A DNA stretch of 64,000 nt from Guillardia theta CCMP2712 (taxonomy: Eukaryota; Protista; Cryptophyta): contig NW_005434668.1 of the NCBI RefSeq assembly GCF_000315625.1, positions 1,096,981-1,160,980 on the forward strand. Direction: 5' to 3'. The notes under the pieces are model-generated. The model searched no databases. It had not been told where the DNA came from and saw only the letters and a list, made by a program, of their open reading frames with translations. Both the position numbers and the translations under genes were made by a program. Below, piece after piece: positions 35,663 to 49,548 of this stretch (position 1 is the stretch's first letter; each line of letters starts with the position of its first letter).

Positions 35663-36135
35663 AGAGGCAGTCACCAAGGCCAACTTTGCATCTTTCTTGA
35701 AATGAAAACGAGAAATCCTTTGTCTTTCCTACATCAACACTCTCAGAGCATCTTCTAGGTACTTCCCTCCCAACCTCGATAGGCTGCAGCCCCATCAGTA
35801 GCTCCCACTGATGCGGACTGGGCGACCAATGCTCACCAGCATAGACTGTAATCAGGCATTATTCAAACATTTCTGCAACATTAAGTTCGATCCTACTGCT
35901 CCTGATCCTACTGGCCTTAATCTTTCTCGTCCTCGCCAATGTCATTACCGTCGTCATCCTTATCATCACCATGCTTATCACCCTCATCAACATGATCATC
36001 ACCGTCGTCATCGTCGTCATCGTCATCATCGTCGTCGTCATCATCATCATCCGCCTTCTTATCATATACAACTTCTCCATGGCGCTCCTCCCCTTCCCCT
36101 CCTCCTTCTCATCGACCTGCGTATCGGCAACTCAT
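33761..36135 (-). CDS. Sfp-type 4'-phosphopantetheinyl transferase (AASDHPPT/Lys5-like)
   Basis: Spliced reading MSCRYA-VYAGEHWSPSPHQW, ILFGRTAEGKPY, NLNLSHHGSW, VGTDVM, FFVFW-ALKESYIKAVGIGLG, DWSFE-VGQVDEEHVMAVA. Confidence 0.88.
34574..34673. other. Assembly gap (100 N)
   Basis: Run of N. Confidence 0.99.
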
Positions 36136-36164
36136 TGTCGCATCTCGGGACTCATCTAATATAT

Positions 36165-36340
36165 AAACGACCCCTACCCCTCTGCTTGAGTCGTGGTACC
36201 CTGTAAAAAATCTGTGACCGTTGAGATACGAGGGGGGTAGGGGTTACATCCCGTACCCCAACCCCTTAAGAAAGTACCCCCACCCACCTAATTACAGTTC
36301 CCTTGCGTCCCTGTAAAAACTAGTGCAAGGGGGTTGCTAC
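36165..36340. promoter_or_regulatory. GGGT/ACCC motif cluster in the divergent PPTase / PTOX intergenic region
   Basis: acccctacccc, ggtaccct, ggggggtaggggtt, gtaccccaacccc and gtacccccacccacc, plus tataaa at ~36162. Confidence 0.45.
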
Positions 36341-36672
36341 AACATGCACAGCAGGAGTGTAATAAGGCAGGAGGAGGAGGAGGGAGAAGGGGAGAGCAGG
36401 AGAGAGCAGGAGGCCAGGGAAGAGGAGAGATGAAGAGACAACATGAAGGGGAAGCATGAGAAGGTGAAAGTAGACCAATGAACAAGTAATGCTGTTGTAG
36501 AAGTTGAGACGCAAGGAGTAGTTGAGGGGAGAGTGAGAAGAGAGTGAGAAGAGAGAAGACGAGTAAGATAGCTGGAGGAGAAGCAAGAGAAAGGGGCATG
36601 TGAAGGAAGAGAAGGGACTTGATGTGACAATCTCTGTGCATTGATACAGCTGCTGCAGGCGTGTTGCTTGCT

Positions 36673-37787
36673 ATGGCCAGCATGAGATTTGTGCTGTTGT
36701 TCCTCATGCTTATTTCTATCTCCGATGCCTTCATCGGCCATGGCTTCGCTGGCGTCAACCTTCCCCTGCAGAGGAAAGCTTACAGTGCGCACAAATCCCG
36801 CGGGCCCATCGTGAAATGCAACCCCGAGGACTCTCCCGTCATCTCAGAGAATTTTGACAGCATGTTTCGCAAGGACGGCACCACTTGGGGGTCAAAGTCG
36901 TATCCTGTCTCGACCGTCGAAGAGCCCGAGCCTCTGGACATCGTCACCAAGTCCATAGCACAAGCGCTCGTTACAGTGCTCAAAGGCTCGCTCGATTGGT
37001 ATTACCACAAGAAATCTGACTTTGCGCGTTTCTTCGTGCTGGAGACGGTCGCCAGGGTTCCATACTTCGCCTACATGTCTGTTTTGCACCTCTACGAGAG
37101 TTTCGGGTACCACGACAGGGCTCACTGGATCAAGATTCACTACGCAGAGGCTGACAACGAGTAAGACCTTCACTTATACACTATGATACAACAAACATGT
37201 GTGACGATGCTTCTTCTCAGGCTTCACCACCTGCTCATCATGGAGGCGCTGGGAGGGAACAAGGAGTTCTCAGATCGCTGGATCGCTCAGCATGCCGCGT
37301 TCGCCTACTACTGGTTCTGCGTCACCTTCTACTTCCTCCATCCCCGTGGCGCCTACTACGTCATGTCCCTGATCGAGAACCATGCGTACCATACCTACTC
37401 CAAGTGAGCCTCCTCCCTTACTCCTCCTCCTTCCGTACTCCTCCTCCTCCTCCTCCCTCCTCGTACTTGAATCTCTCTCTCTTGCTCTGCCCCTGTCTCC
37501 TCCCCTTCAGTCTCTTCTGCCTTCCCATCGGCTCTCCTTGACTCCCTTCCAGGTACATCGAGGCCAACAAGAGCTGGTTGGCGTCCCAGCCATCGCCAGC
37601 CATTGCCAAGGAGTACTACGAGGGCGGCGACCTGTACCTCTTCGACGCCTTTCACACGACGAGGGCGGAGGAGCAGGAGCGCAGGCCCCGCGTCCAGAGC
37701 CTCCTCGACACATTCGAGAGCATCCGAGACGACGAAAGTCAGCATCATCGGACCATGCTCTCCCTGGTCGAGCGAGGCCGCCCGTAG
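36673..37787 (+). CDS. PTOX: Plastid terminal oxidase (AOX/PTOX di-iron family), stroma-targeted
   Basis: Signal peptide MRFVLLFLMLISISDA|F (ASAFAP-like). RFFVLETVARVPYFAYMSVLHLYE, EADNE-LHHLLIMEALGG, ENHAYHTY, LYLFDAF and IRDDESQH. Confidence 0.95.
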
Positions 37788-37963
37788 GAGCAGAGTCCCT
37801 GTGCTATCTGGATATGGCGCGGGGGCCGGAGGCTCCGCCCTGAGACTTCTCGACGTCCTGCAGAGAGTGAGGAGAGGAGGGAGAGAGTTCGGATAGACCT
37901 CCCGTGCTTGTTGACGAGCAGCTGCTAGCCGTCCTCCCGCCATGGAGCTGGCCTGAACAAGGG

Positions 37964-40010
37964 TCAGGAGAGCAGGTGCTGTAGCAAGGATGCCTTGGAG
38001 GCGTTGGGCGCGTCGCTCCCCCGAGCTGAGAGAGACTTGGATCGCGTCCCCAGCTGCAGGAGGAGAGTGAGAGGTCTGCGAGAAGGGACGGCGGTCACCT
38101 GAGGGAGATGCGTGTGCTCGTACTCGCCCTGCAGCGAAGAGTATCGGCTGATAGTCGCGGCATGAAGTTGTTGATATCTCGAGCTCCCCAATCTGTGCGA
38201 TGCTGCGCTCCTGTCAGTCTCCTGGCTCGACAGATGGCGCAGCAGGTGCTGACCTGTTGTGATCTCGAGGAGCTTCTTCCTCCTCTCCAAGACGCTCTGA
38301 GCAAGAGTCAACTCCTCCTCCTCCTCCTCCTCCTCCTCCTCCTCCTCATCCTCCTCCTCCTCCTCCTCATCCTCATCCTCATCCTCATCCTCATCCTCAT
38401 CCTCATCCTCCTCCTCCTCCTCCTCCTCCTCCTCCTCCTCCTCCTCCTCCTCATCCTCATCCTCATCCTCATCNNNNNNNNNNNNNNNNNNNNNNNNNNN
38501 NNNNNNNNNNNNNNNNNNNNNNNNNNNNNNNNNNNNNNNNNNNNNNNNNNNNNNNNNNNNNNNNNNNNNNNNNCCCCCTTCTGTATAAATACTTCCCCCC
38601 CCGCCGCCCACCGGGGGGGGACGCAAGTTGGTCAATATTGACCACGTCTCACTCACACACCGGTGAACCCTCACTCCTCACTCCTCACTACCTACCTCCT
38701 ACCTCCTCTCCTCCTCCCCTCCCCCCCCCCTCCCTCCTCCTCCTCCTCCTCCTCCCGCACCTTCACAACTTGCTCCTCCTCTTCTCCGTCACTCTCGATC
38801 TCTGGGGCAAGTAGCATGCCTTGCACTGCAAACAAGGTGAACAAGGAGGAAGGAGGGAGGCGGAGCTAGCACCTTCCTCCTCCATTGCCTGCACTTGTTC
38901 GCTTCCGAAATCCGTAAACTGATGGAAGACGGCGTCATGGTAGAGGAGGACGAGTCAGGGAAGGAGAAGCAGTGAACGTAGAGCGGTGGAGGACTGGAAC
39001 TGCAAGCAAGGACAAGCAAGGAGGGCAAGGTGGGGGGGAAGGAGGATGGAGGAGGACAGCAGGAAATCACATCGAACGCGCTGGCTCCACGCTGCACGGA
39101 GCTCATCGGGACTTCATCTTCCCATCCGGCACCTACGTCGAGCGGAGAGGAGGAGCTCTGTAAGAAGCAGTGAGGATGCGCGTCCTCGGAGGGAGGGAGG
39201 GAGAGGAACCTTGGGAGCAAGAGCATTGCTTGCGAGGGCCTCTAGCACCCACTCGTCATGCGCTTCCCTGAAGGAGTCGTCGGCGAGGAAGAGGGTGTCT
39301 CGTCCCGTCAGCTTCTTGAGGGCCGCGTGCTTCGCCTCTTTCTTCGTGGGTTTCTCGATGCGGGGGTGATGGAGAGTCTTGAAGAGTTTGGCTGGAGGAG
39401 GGAACATGTCAGAGGAAGGTGAGGAGAAAGGATCAAGAGAGAACTTGAGGAGAGCAGATGAACATGAGAAGACAAGGTGAGAAGACAAGGTGAGGATGAG
39501 AAGAAAAGATGAGAAGGGACGGTGAATATTCTTACGGGGAGGAGCAACGAGCTGTCTTTCTACAACTTGATCGAACGTGTGGATCGTGTTGAGCTTGTCG
39601 TTCGGCCTGACCTGCTCACAGCAATAAATCGGCGACAAAATTTACCTCCTCCCTCCCTTTTTCTTCCTCCTTCTGTCTCCCTCCCTCCTCCTCCACCACC
39701 ACCACCTCCTCTTCGTCTTCCTCCTCCTCGTGCTCCTGCTCACCTTGTTGATCTTTCGGTCCTTCCTGGGAGGCTCCTGGTTGCTCGACCTCTCCTTCCT
39801 GTCCTGCTGAACTATCTCCCTCACTCGCGGCACCCTGCCTTTCCCCTTCCACAGGCTCTTCCCCTCCGCTGAGGCCTTGCTCACACCTGAGAGCAGGTGA
39901 GAGAGCGTGCGGGTAGGGGATGGATGGGAGTTCATGCGGAGGAGGAAGGAAGGAAGAGGGAGAGGACGTTCAGGACGAAGATCAGGACGAGGACGAGGAC
40001 GAGGACGTTC

Positions 40011-40086
<76 letters not shown>

Positions 40087-43000
40087 ACGAAGAAAGAAGA
40101 AAGAAGGAAGAAGGTGAGAGCGAGAAGAGAGGAGAGCGAAAGGAGGAGAGAGGAGTGGGGTGAGCGAAAGGAGGAGTGGGGTGAGGAGTGGGGTGAGCGT
40201 GTCGCGAGCAGCAGAAGAAGCAAGTAGGAGGGACTTACCAACAATCTTGGAGAGGTCGAGAGAAAGGTTATCTCGGGAGAGACTCCCCTCCTTCCCTTCC
40301 TCCTTGCCTGAACGAGTTTGACACGACGGTTGCCGAGCCTTGTCCTGCATTCCTCTTGACTCGCGAGCAAGCAGACTTGCTGCGAGCACCTCGAACTTGG
40401 TCTTGGATAACCTCGAGTACAAACAACGAGAGAGAAATCTCCTCGCAAGAGACTTGAAACAACAAGTCAACGACATGGTCAACTGATACCGGACTCACTT
40501 GTATCATAACTGCTGAATTCTCCCTCCGCTCCATCAGCAGGATTTGCTGCTCCAGCGCAACGTTCTGAGGCAAGTGAGGGAGAAATTCGGAGCAAACAAT
40601 TCTTTCTCACCCTCCTTTCAGTAAACTTGCAAAATGTTCGCTAGAAACACAAGAGTTGTCAGATGACGAGTGGGATTTGCTGGAGCACAACCTGTATAAT
40701 ACAAGCTGCCATGTCTTCTGACATCTTTCTGACAGTCTCTACTCCTGTATGCAAGGAATGAACAACAAACATCAAGACAAGTAATCATCTACCGGCCGAT
40801 GATGACTTCAGAGAAGATAAGTACATCTAACAAAACAATGAGTACAACATCTGGAAGGGAGACGACAGACGTTGAGATTCTCTCGAAAAGAAATAAGGAG
40901 GTTCATCTCAGCGAACAGATTTCGCGCCAAAGATTTCAAAATCTCATGCCGGCCGAAATCTTCTGCTGAAATTCTCTCCCGGTGTTCAACCTGGTGAGGG
41001 GTGTCAAAGGAAGGTAAAACGAGTACAATCAAACATCACAATCAGACTTTGCTTGACAAAAGCGATGAAGCTGGGACTGAGCTTGCTCAGAATGTTGTTG
41101 TTGCCCCATGACGAGTTTTCTTTCATCGCTTCCCTCATCCTCTTCATACTCTTGTTTGCATACGGTCGATTTCCAGTCGCAAAGAGAAAAGCAAGCATGC
41201 CAACAGACCAAATATCCAGCTTGTGAGGGTCTGAAACCTCCTCCTCCTCCTCCTCCTCCTCCTCCTCCTCCTCCTCCTCCTCCTCCTCCTCCTCCTCCTC
41301 CTCCTCCTTTTCATTGCCGTCATCGTCGCTAGAACTATCATCATCATCATCGTCTTCATCATCATTGTCACCATCATCCCTTCCGTCCTGTTTCCTGCCT
41401 CCTTTTCCCTCCCCTCTCCCCTTTCTTTGGCCCTCGTTTCGCCATCGAGAGGCTTCGGGAGCGACGAACTCGGTATCATCGTCAAGGGAGAAAATGGAGG
41501 TATGCGAGCTCTGCGCGAACAAGCCATATTCTCCGATCTTCAAGCATTCCACTCCCTCCTCTTGTCGACATGAGATGTTGTTAGGTTTGATACCATGCAG
41601 GATGAAGCCGAGGTCATGAACATATTTCATAGCGTCCATCAACTGCAAGCATGTGAGATAGGAGAGAAGAGTACATTGAGATGAGATGAAGTTCACCTGA
41701 CTGACGTATCTGACGATCTTCCCTTCGCTGTGATCAGCATCTGCCATGATGTATGACAACACGTCTTGATGGTATGGCACTGCACTGATGACATAGAGGT
41801 TTGCAATGTCACAACAAACTTCGACCAAGTCTGCCACATTGATGTGCCGCAATTTCCGAAAGCTCTCCAGAGACGATCTCAAGAGAAATTGAAATTTCTT
41901 GGATCGCTGAGGTATCGTGACAAGGGAACAAACAGATTTGTCTCGTCGCCTCCTTGCCTCACTGACCATGAAGGATTTCTTCACAGATTTTGAGCCGAAG
42001 ACATCAAACAGTCTGAAGAGCCTGGCAGAATTCTCATCTTTGGCCTTCCAATACTTGGACCAAGACATCTGAATCCTCTTTGCAGCGTCATCTTCACTGC
42101 ATTTGTGTCTTTCTATAGTACAATGATCATCTTCTACCCTTCCTTCTGTTCTCAGTCCATCGTCCCAATCTCCGTCGCCTCTCCCCTTGGTATCTTCAAC
42201 TTTCATCTCCACTGGTGACTTGTCTTTGCTTTGCCCATCCTTTTCTTCCTCCGTCTCACTGCCGCCTCTTCGAGCCTTGCGATAATTTTTCCATGTCCCT
42301 TGAATCTTGCTTGCTGCAATTTCTGAACTGCTTGTCTGATCTTTTGCACAAGTTTCTAACAAGCCAGATTCTCCCTTGCCATTCACCTCCTCCTCCTCCT
42401 CTTTCACCTCCTCCTCTTTCACCTCCTCCTCTTTCACCTCCTCCTCTTTCACCTCCTCCTCTTTCACCTCCTCCTCTTTCACCTCCTCCTGCTTCTCGTC
42501 TTTCTTCTCCTCCTCCTCCTTCTTGTTCAATCTCTCCACTCGATTCACCCGCTCTGGCCTTGGAATCTCCTTCTTCTTCTTTACGTTCCGATCCGTCAGA
42601 AATCCCCGAGCCTTCTCCTCCCCCACCCTCTTGTTTCTTCTCATCCCACTCCCCCTGAACGTTCTGCTACCTCTCGCACTGAACGGCACTCCATTCTTTC
42701 CTATCTTCGTCCTGAACTCCAACAGCTGCTTGCGAGCCTCCTGCTGACTTCTATCTTCCTCAAGTGACGATGAAAGCGCCAGGCACTTCCGGATCCGATC
42801 TGCCGTCCTCCTCCAGTTCTTCCTCGCTTCCTCGAGCTCAGCTGTGTTCCTCTGCACCAGGGAGGGTCGAGTCTCAGCACGAGGCTGCGTCTCCTCCCCC
42901 ACCTCTTGCTTGTCCCAGCTCAGGTGGCGGAAGAACTCATTGAAAGTTACCATCGTCTCCCGCGACTCTTTGATGTTCATGGCATGCAGCAACTCGCTGC

Positions 43001-46000
43001 TGCGAATCTTTCCTTCCATCCTGAGGTTCTTAAGACCTCTCTCGACCTCCTGCACGCTCAGACTGTCGCCCCTGGACGTTCCCCTCTCGAAGAACACGAA
43101 AACTTCGGCAACGTCGTTGAAGCCTGCTTGCTGGAACAGCTGCTTCACCTCCCTCAAGATCTTCTTCTTCCTCTTCTCCTCCTCCTTCTGCTTCACCGAA
43201 GTGGCATGCTCCTTCTCCCTGGCCGGCTCCCTCGTCCCCGCAGGATCTCCTGCGTCCTTGCTCGTGCTCGCCTCCTCCTCTTGGCCCTCTGTGTCGTTCT
43301 GTGGAGGTATACCCGCCTCCTCTTCTCTACCATCCTCCTCTCCCGCAACGAAATCTCCTCCCTCCTCGCCAGCATCGGCGGGTTCATCAAGGGGCGAAAC
43401 AGGAGCAAAGTCCTCTTGGACCTCGCTCCCGTGCTCTACCACCTGGTTGACATCTGCAACTTGCGGACTTGAAGCTTTCGCATCGTGACGCTCATCTTGA
43501 ATCTGTCGAGTGTTTGCCTTACGATTCCTCGCTCTCCACCTCCTGTAAGTCCTCTGGATCAGAACAGCAGAGAGAATCTGTAGGCGGAGAAGTAATTCAG
43601 GATCAAGCTCTGAAAGATCCTCCTCCTCCTCCTCCTCCTCCTCCTCTTCTTGCCCCTCCCCCTGCTCCTCGTCGTCGTCATCTGAAGAGGAGATGTTGCA
43701 AGGGTCTACCACAGATACAACCTTTCTTTCCCGTGCTGTGCTGATACTCTCCCTATCCTCATTCCTGCCTTGTGACGCGTTGCGAGCTTTCTGGAGGTCA
43801 ATTTGCTCGATGAGAGCTATCCGCTCTTCCGTTCTTGGGGTGTGTCCTTGAGAACCTCTCGAGATTTTCTTCTCCTTCTCCTCAACATTGAAGCGCACAT
43901 TCCTCCTCATTGAATGTTGCGTTTCCCACAGTCTTAACTCAGCCTCGCCATCAACCTCATCAACATTTTCATCTCGGCCTCGTACTCCTCTCTCCTCCTC
44001 CCACGCCTTCTGATCCTCCGCCTCCATCCCTCGCCCTTCCTTCTCCTCCTCAGCACTTTCTTCCTGCCGATCTGCTGCTGTTCTTGATGAGAGCTGAAGA
44101 GCGCTCTCGATGATGTCATCCAGCACGCTCTTTGCTATCAGACCTTTCTGTCGCTTCTCCATCTTCTCCGTTGCTTTCACTCTGTCATCAAGCGCCTCCA
44201 GCTGCTTGCGAAGACGCTCCACCTCCTCCCGTGCATGCGCAGCTTCTTGCTCCGCCTCCTCCCTCCTCCTCTTCTCCTTCTCTGCCTCCTCCGCCGCCAG
44301 CTGGAGCATCAGGGCCTCTCTCTCCAGCCTCTCAGCCTCCGAGTCGAACTTGTTGGTGAACTCTTCGGAGCTCTGAAACTGGGCAGACGCTGACATCATC
44401 ATCTCCTCCTGCTCCTGTGGCGGCTCTTCTCTTATCTGCTCGTCGAGCCTTTGGGACGGCTGGTGAGTTTGAGGCCTTCCCTGCTCCTCCTCCTTCCTTA
44501 GGGGGAGGTCAGCATCAGAGGAGACGTCGCTACCCCATCCTTCTTCCTGCTCCGACTGCAAGTCAGGGTCGACGAACTTGACGGATTTTCTTTGAGTTTC
44601 CGCCGTCCTCTGCCTTTGTGAAAAGGGCGGGGCCTTGGCTCTCTGTCCTTCTCGATGAGGTTGATCAACAGGCTCCTCCTTGGTAGTCTTGGGCTTCAGC
44701 AGAGATTTTGAGATTGGAAAGTCTTTGCGCAGACTGATCTCTTTCTCAGCGACAGAGTTCGTAATGTGTTGCTCACGATGCTTCCAAGCTTGTTCTATGA
44801 GATCATCCGTCACCTCGTCCAAGTTGTCCTCGGCTTCTTGCTTCTCTGCCTTCACTTGCTCCGGTCCAGGTTTCTTCCTGCCTTGGTTTGCATGCTCCCT
44901 TCTCCTCCACCTCCTCCCATCCTCATCCTCGTCATCGTCTCCCTCCTCCTCCGCCTGAGCAAGCTCCTGCTCGGCCTCCTTTCTCAGCCGCTCGACCTCA
45001 GCATTGTAATCCCGAAGGAAGAGAGGCGACGCGAGTCGATCGATAGGACTAGCAGTCTGGGAAGCTGAGTGCGGCGCACCCTCGACCATAGACGCTTCTC
45101 CCTCTGCCTCCTCCTCCTCCTCCTCCCCTCCCTCCCTCCCCTTCTTAACGTGCTTCTCTTCACTTCGCTTCCGCGCTGTCACCTCTCCATCTGACTCCTC
45201 CAGCTCCGGTCGAATCACAAACACGTTGCTCTCCTCCTCGTATCCCTTCACCACCCGGCGCTTCGGCTCCATAGCCTGCACGCTCACATCTGAAATCCAG
45301 CTCCTGCTGGTGTACGGCCTGCCCTCTGCCTGCTGCTGCTGCTGCTGCTGCGCATATCCTCGTGCAAGGATGATCTCTTTCTGCATGCGAAACTCTTCCT
45401 CTGTCAGAACATTCTCGTCCAGCAGAGCCTTCGCCTCCCTCAGCGCTCGAATGACGGCCGGGTCCATCACAGCAGCCGTCATGGAAGAACTGAGCCTCCC
45501 TGTCGACTGACGAGGAGAGGAAGTAGCATGAGAGTCAAACGTCTCCTCGTGCCTGGAGGAGAAGCTCTCTTCCCCCCTGGACCCATAGCTGCTCCTTCCT
45601 CTCCTGCCTTGTCCCCCCGAGACACTGGACCTCATTTTCGTCTCCTCCTTCTTGGTAAGCAGCGACTCGTTGACCCCCTTGAAGAGAGAACCCTCTGTGC
45701 TCGAGCTCCTCTCCTTCCCTCCCTCTCGCTCCTCCCTGCCTTCGCCCCACTTGGCTTTAGGAGCTCGCTTCGGCATTCCCAGGGAGAGCAGGAACGGGTC
45801 CATCCCATCCTCCGCTTCCCTCTTAGGGACAGAAAAAAACGTGACCTCCTCGCTCCTCTTGGGAGGAGCAAAAGCGACCAGCAACGCATCAGCTTCCTCG
45901 ATGGCCGATGCAGGGTCGGCTCGCCCCTGATTACTGTTCTTCATCTCCTCCTTCTTCTCCCTCATTCCCATCACCACCTTCCCATCCTCGTCCTCGTCCT

Positions 46001-47750
46001 CGTCCTCTTCAGGGAGAGGTTTCACTGTCCTTGTTCGATCGAGATCTTCGACCTTCCTTCCCCCGTCCTCAACTTGCAAGATACCTGAAGGCTCCTCCTC
46101 CGTCTTGGAACTTTGTTCCAGTTTCAGCGGTGGGCCTTGAGAAATTGTTCTCCTCCCTTGCGTTTCCTTCTCTTCCCTCTCCTCGTTCTCCCCCCCCTCC
46201 TCCTGCGTCTCCTCCTCCTCATGACCGTAAGGAAGGATTTCCCCACAAGAACAATATTTGTCGTCAGGTCGGTTTGGTTCACCACATGCAGCGCAAACCT
46301 GAGCACCCTTGATATCCACGCTTCGCTCCAGCTCTTCTCTCTCCTCCTCCTCCTCCTCCTCACGCTTCTGACGTTCGTCTTCACTCTCCTCCTCCTCTGA
46401 CTGCTCCTCCCGTTTTGACCATTGAGCAACCTTATCATTGTACAGGATGGCTTCTTGGTCCTGGTGAGAATGAACCTTCTCATTGGCGAAATTCTGCATC
46501 CTCTCAAACTTCTGCTTTCTTGCCTGACTGACCAGATCCCTCTTGTCCACTAACAGGTCAGATTTCTTGACAGACTTCAAGTTCTTCGGAGTTGGCAACC
46601 TTGCGTTCTCTTCTTCAACAGCCAGACGGCTCATCGCGTCTTCGACCTCAACCTCCTCCTCCTTTGGACTGAGAGGTCTCATCTCACTCTCAGAATCCGA
46701 CTCAAAAGTTCGATCCTTGCTCGATCTCTGGGGTGCGATCTTTTTCACCATCCTCGCAGGTCTCAACTTAGCTTTCTCCTGCTCCTGCTCGTCACTTTCC
46801 TCTGATGACGAGATGTCCTGCCGAACAACAGGAGCAACCTGACTTCTCTTTACCCTGCGACGTTTCTCACTGTCATTGTTCACCACTCGCTGCTGGGAGA
46901 CATTGCTATGTGAGTTCTCATCGAAGTTGGTCAATTCAGCCCTCAGAAGCATCAGCTCTCTCTCCAGCTGTAGTCTGTCTGCCCTCTCTTGCGCAATTTC
47001 TGGGTCCTCCTCCTCTATCACCTCTTCCTCCTTCCCACCATCTCTGTCTTGCTCTTCATCATCATGGTCTGGTTGGCTGCCCCTGATCCCTTCCCCTCTC
47101 CTTCTGCCTTCTCCTTCCGCAACGGTAGCATCCCCGTCATCCTGCAAGTCCTTGTCAAACCTTGCCGGAACTTTCGAGTTCGATTGGGAGGCAGCCTTCG
47201 CCTTGAGAGGAGCTAGTTTAGCTTCTGCCCTCAACAGACTTCCTTCATCGAGGTCGAGATTGATTGCACTCATCCCATCTCTCTCAGACCCTGCCCTTCT
47301 GCTCTTCGTGAGGTTCGCATCCGGGTCGAGCAATCCATCAGTCACATTGGGTCCCCTTCCAAACGTATCCATCCCATCCAACTTCGTGATCCTCCTGGGT
47401 TTGTCGCTCTTCCTCGCATTTCTCTTGGGCGCGACGATGTTGTCAGGAGCTTCTTCTTGCTCATCCTGTGCTTGACTCGCCGTGAATTTTGAATGCGCCT
47501 CAGACGGTTTTTGCGATGGAGAGGCTACAGTGCCTTGCTGTGTTGTTGCCATGACCGTGTGGCTCGAGGAGCTGTACACAACGGGGTCCATCTCTTCTCC
47601 ATCCTCGTCATCGTACACTGCAGCCTGCTTCCCGCTCCCTCTGGCCCTGCTCTCCTCCACACCGCCAGCGTTTCTGCGGCGAGCTGTGGTCCTCGACAAA
47701 GTTGAAGGGAGGTCCTGAGGGGGCTCGGAGGCTAATTCTTGAGCCTCCAT
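37964..47750 (-). CDS. Very large (>2300 aa) acidic/coiled-coil protein with zinc ribbon, SHOCT-like, IQ, EF-hand-like and CaMK-like pseudokinase regions
   Basis: 2248-aa ORF containing CAACGEPNRPDDKYCSCG, LREAKALLDENVLTEEEFRMQKEII, three IQ-like motifs (IQRTYRRW, IQGTWKNY, IQMSWSKY) and a kinase fold (IKPNNI, FVAPE, DIWSVG). Further small exons run down to ~37964 and may belong to it or to a separate gene. Confidence 0.75.
38474..38573. other. Assembly gap (100 N)
   Basis: Run of N. Confidence 0.99.
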
Positions 47751-48080
47751 GCTCCCGTCTTAACACGTTTCAAAGTTTCGTCCTGATTTCATAGCGATCC
47801 TGGTCCCTCATGAAGCTGTAAGAGTTCAAGCATCAAACGGGATCTTGACCTTCGAATGGACTTGAAGGCAGCATACAACAATGCTACAACCACGAGCAGC
47901 TCCTTGCAGACTACACCGCTCCATGGTGAGCATAACGCCCAAGGATCAGTCTCATCCCCCTCCCCCTCCTTCTCCTCCATCTCCCGCCATCTCCTTCCAA
48001 CTCTCTTCCCTTCGCCTGTCAAGCCGTTGCTGCCATAGCGAGGGACTGGGCGGGGACGAGGGTAATCGGTCAGAGCGGGG

Positions 48081-49230
<1,150 letters not shown>

Positions 49231-49548
49231 CAGTATCGCCCTGAAAAATTGCAGACCAAGCTCTGGTATGATGAAACGATTGTTTATCTCACTGATCTAA
49301 CTACAAACAAAACAAATCTACTACACCAAATTTAGAAACAAACCTGAATATAGAATACTTTAAGATCTACTTGTAATGTGAGTGCTAATATAAAGTTACA
49401 TTGTGCGGAAGAACTTTCCATTGCTGCCGGCATTATGAGTCAAGAGTTGACACTTGACAGGAGGGCAGCCAAAGTATTCAACTTCTTCATTCGCAAGGTT
49501 TAAGTACAATGGTGTCAGTTTCTATGCGTTCGACTAATGACTAAGGAT

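Noticed and set aside
33761-36135. PPTase as a marker of a PKS/NRPS biosynthetic cluster
   Set aside because: No carrier-protein, KS or adenylation domains occur in the window. It looks like the housekeeping AASDHPPT type.
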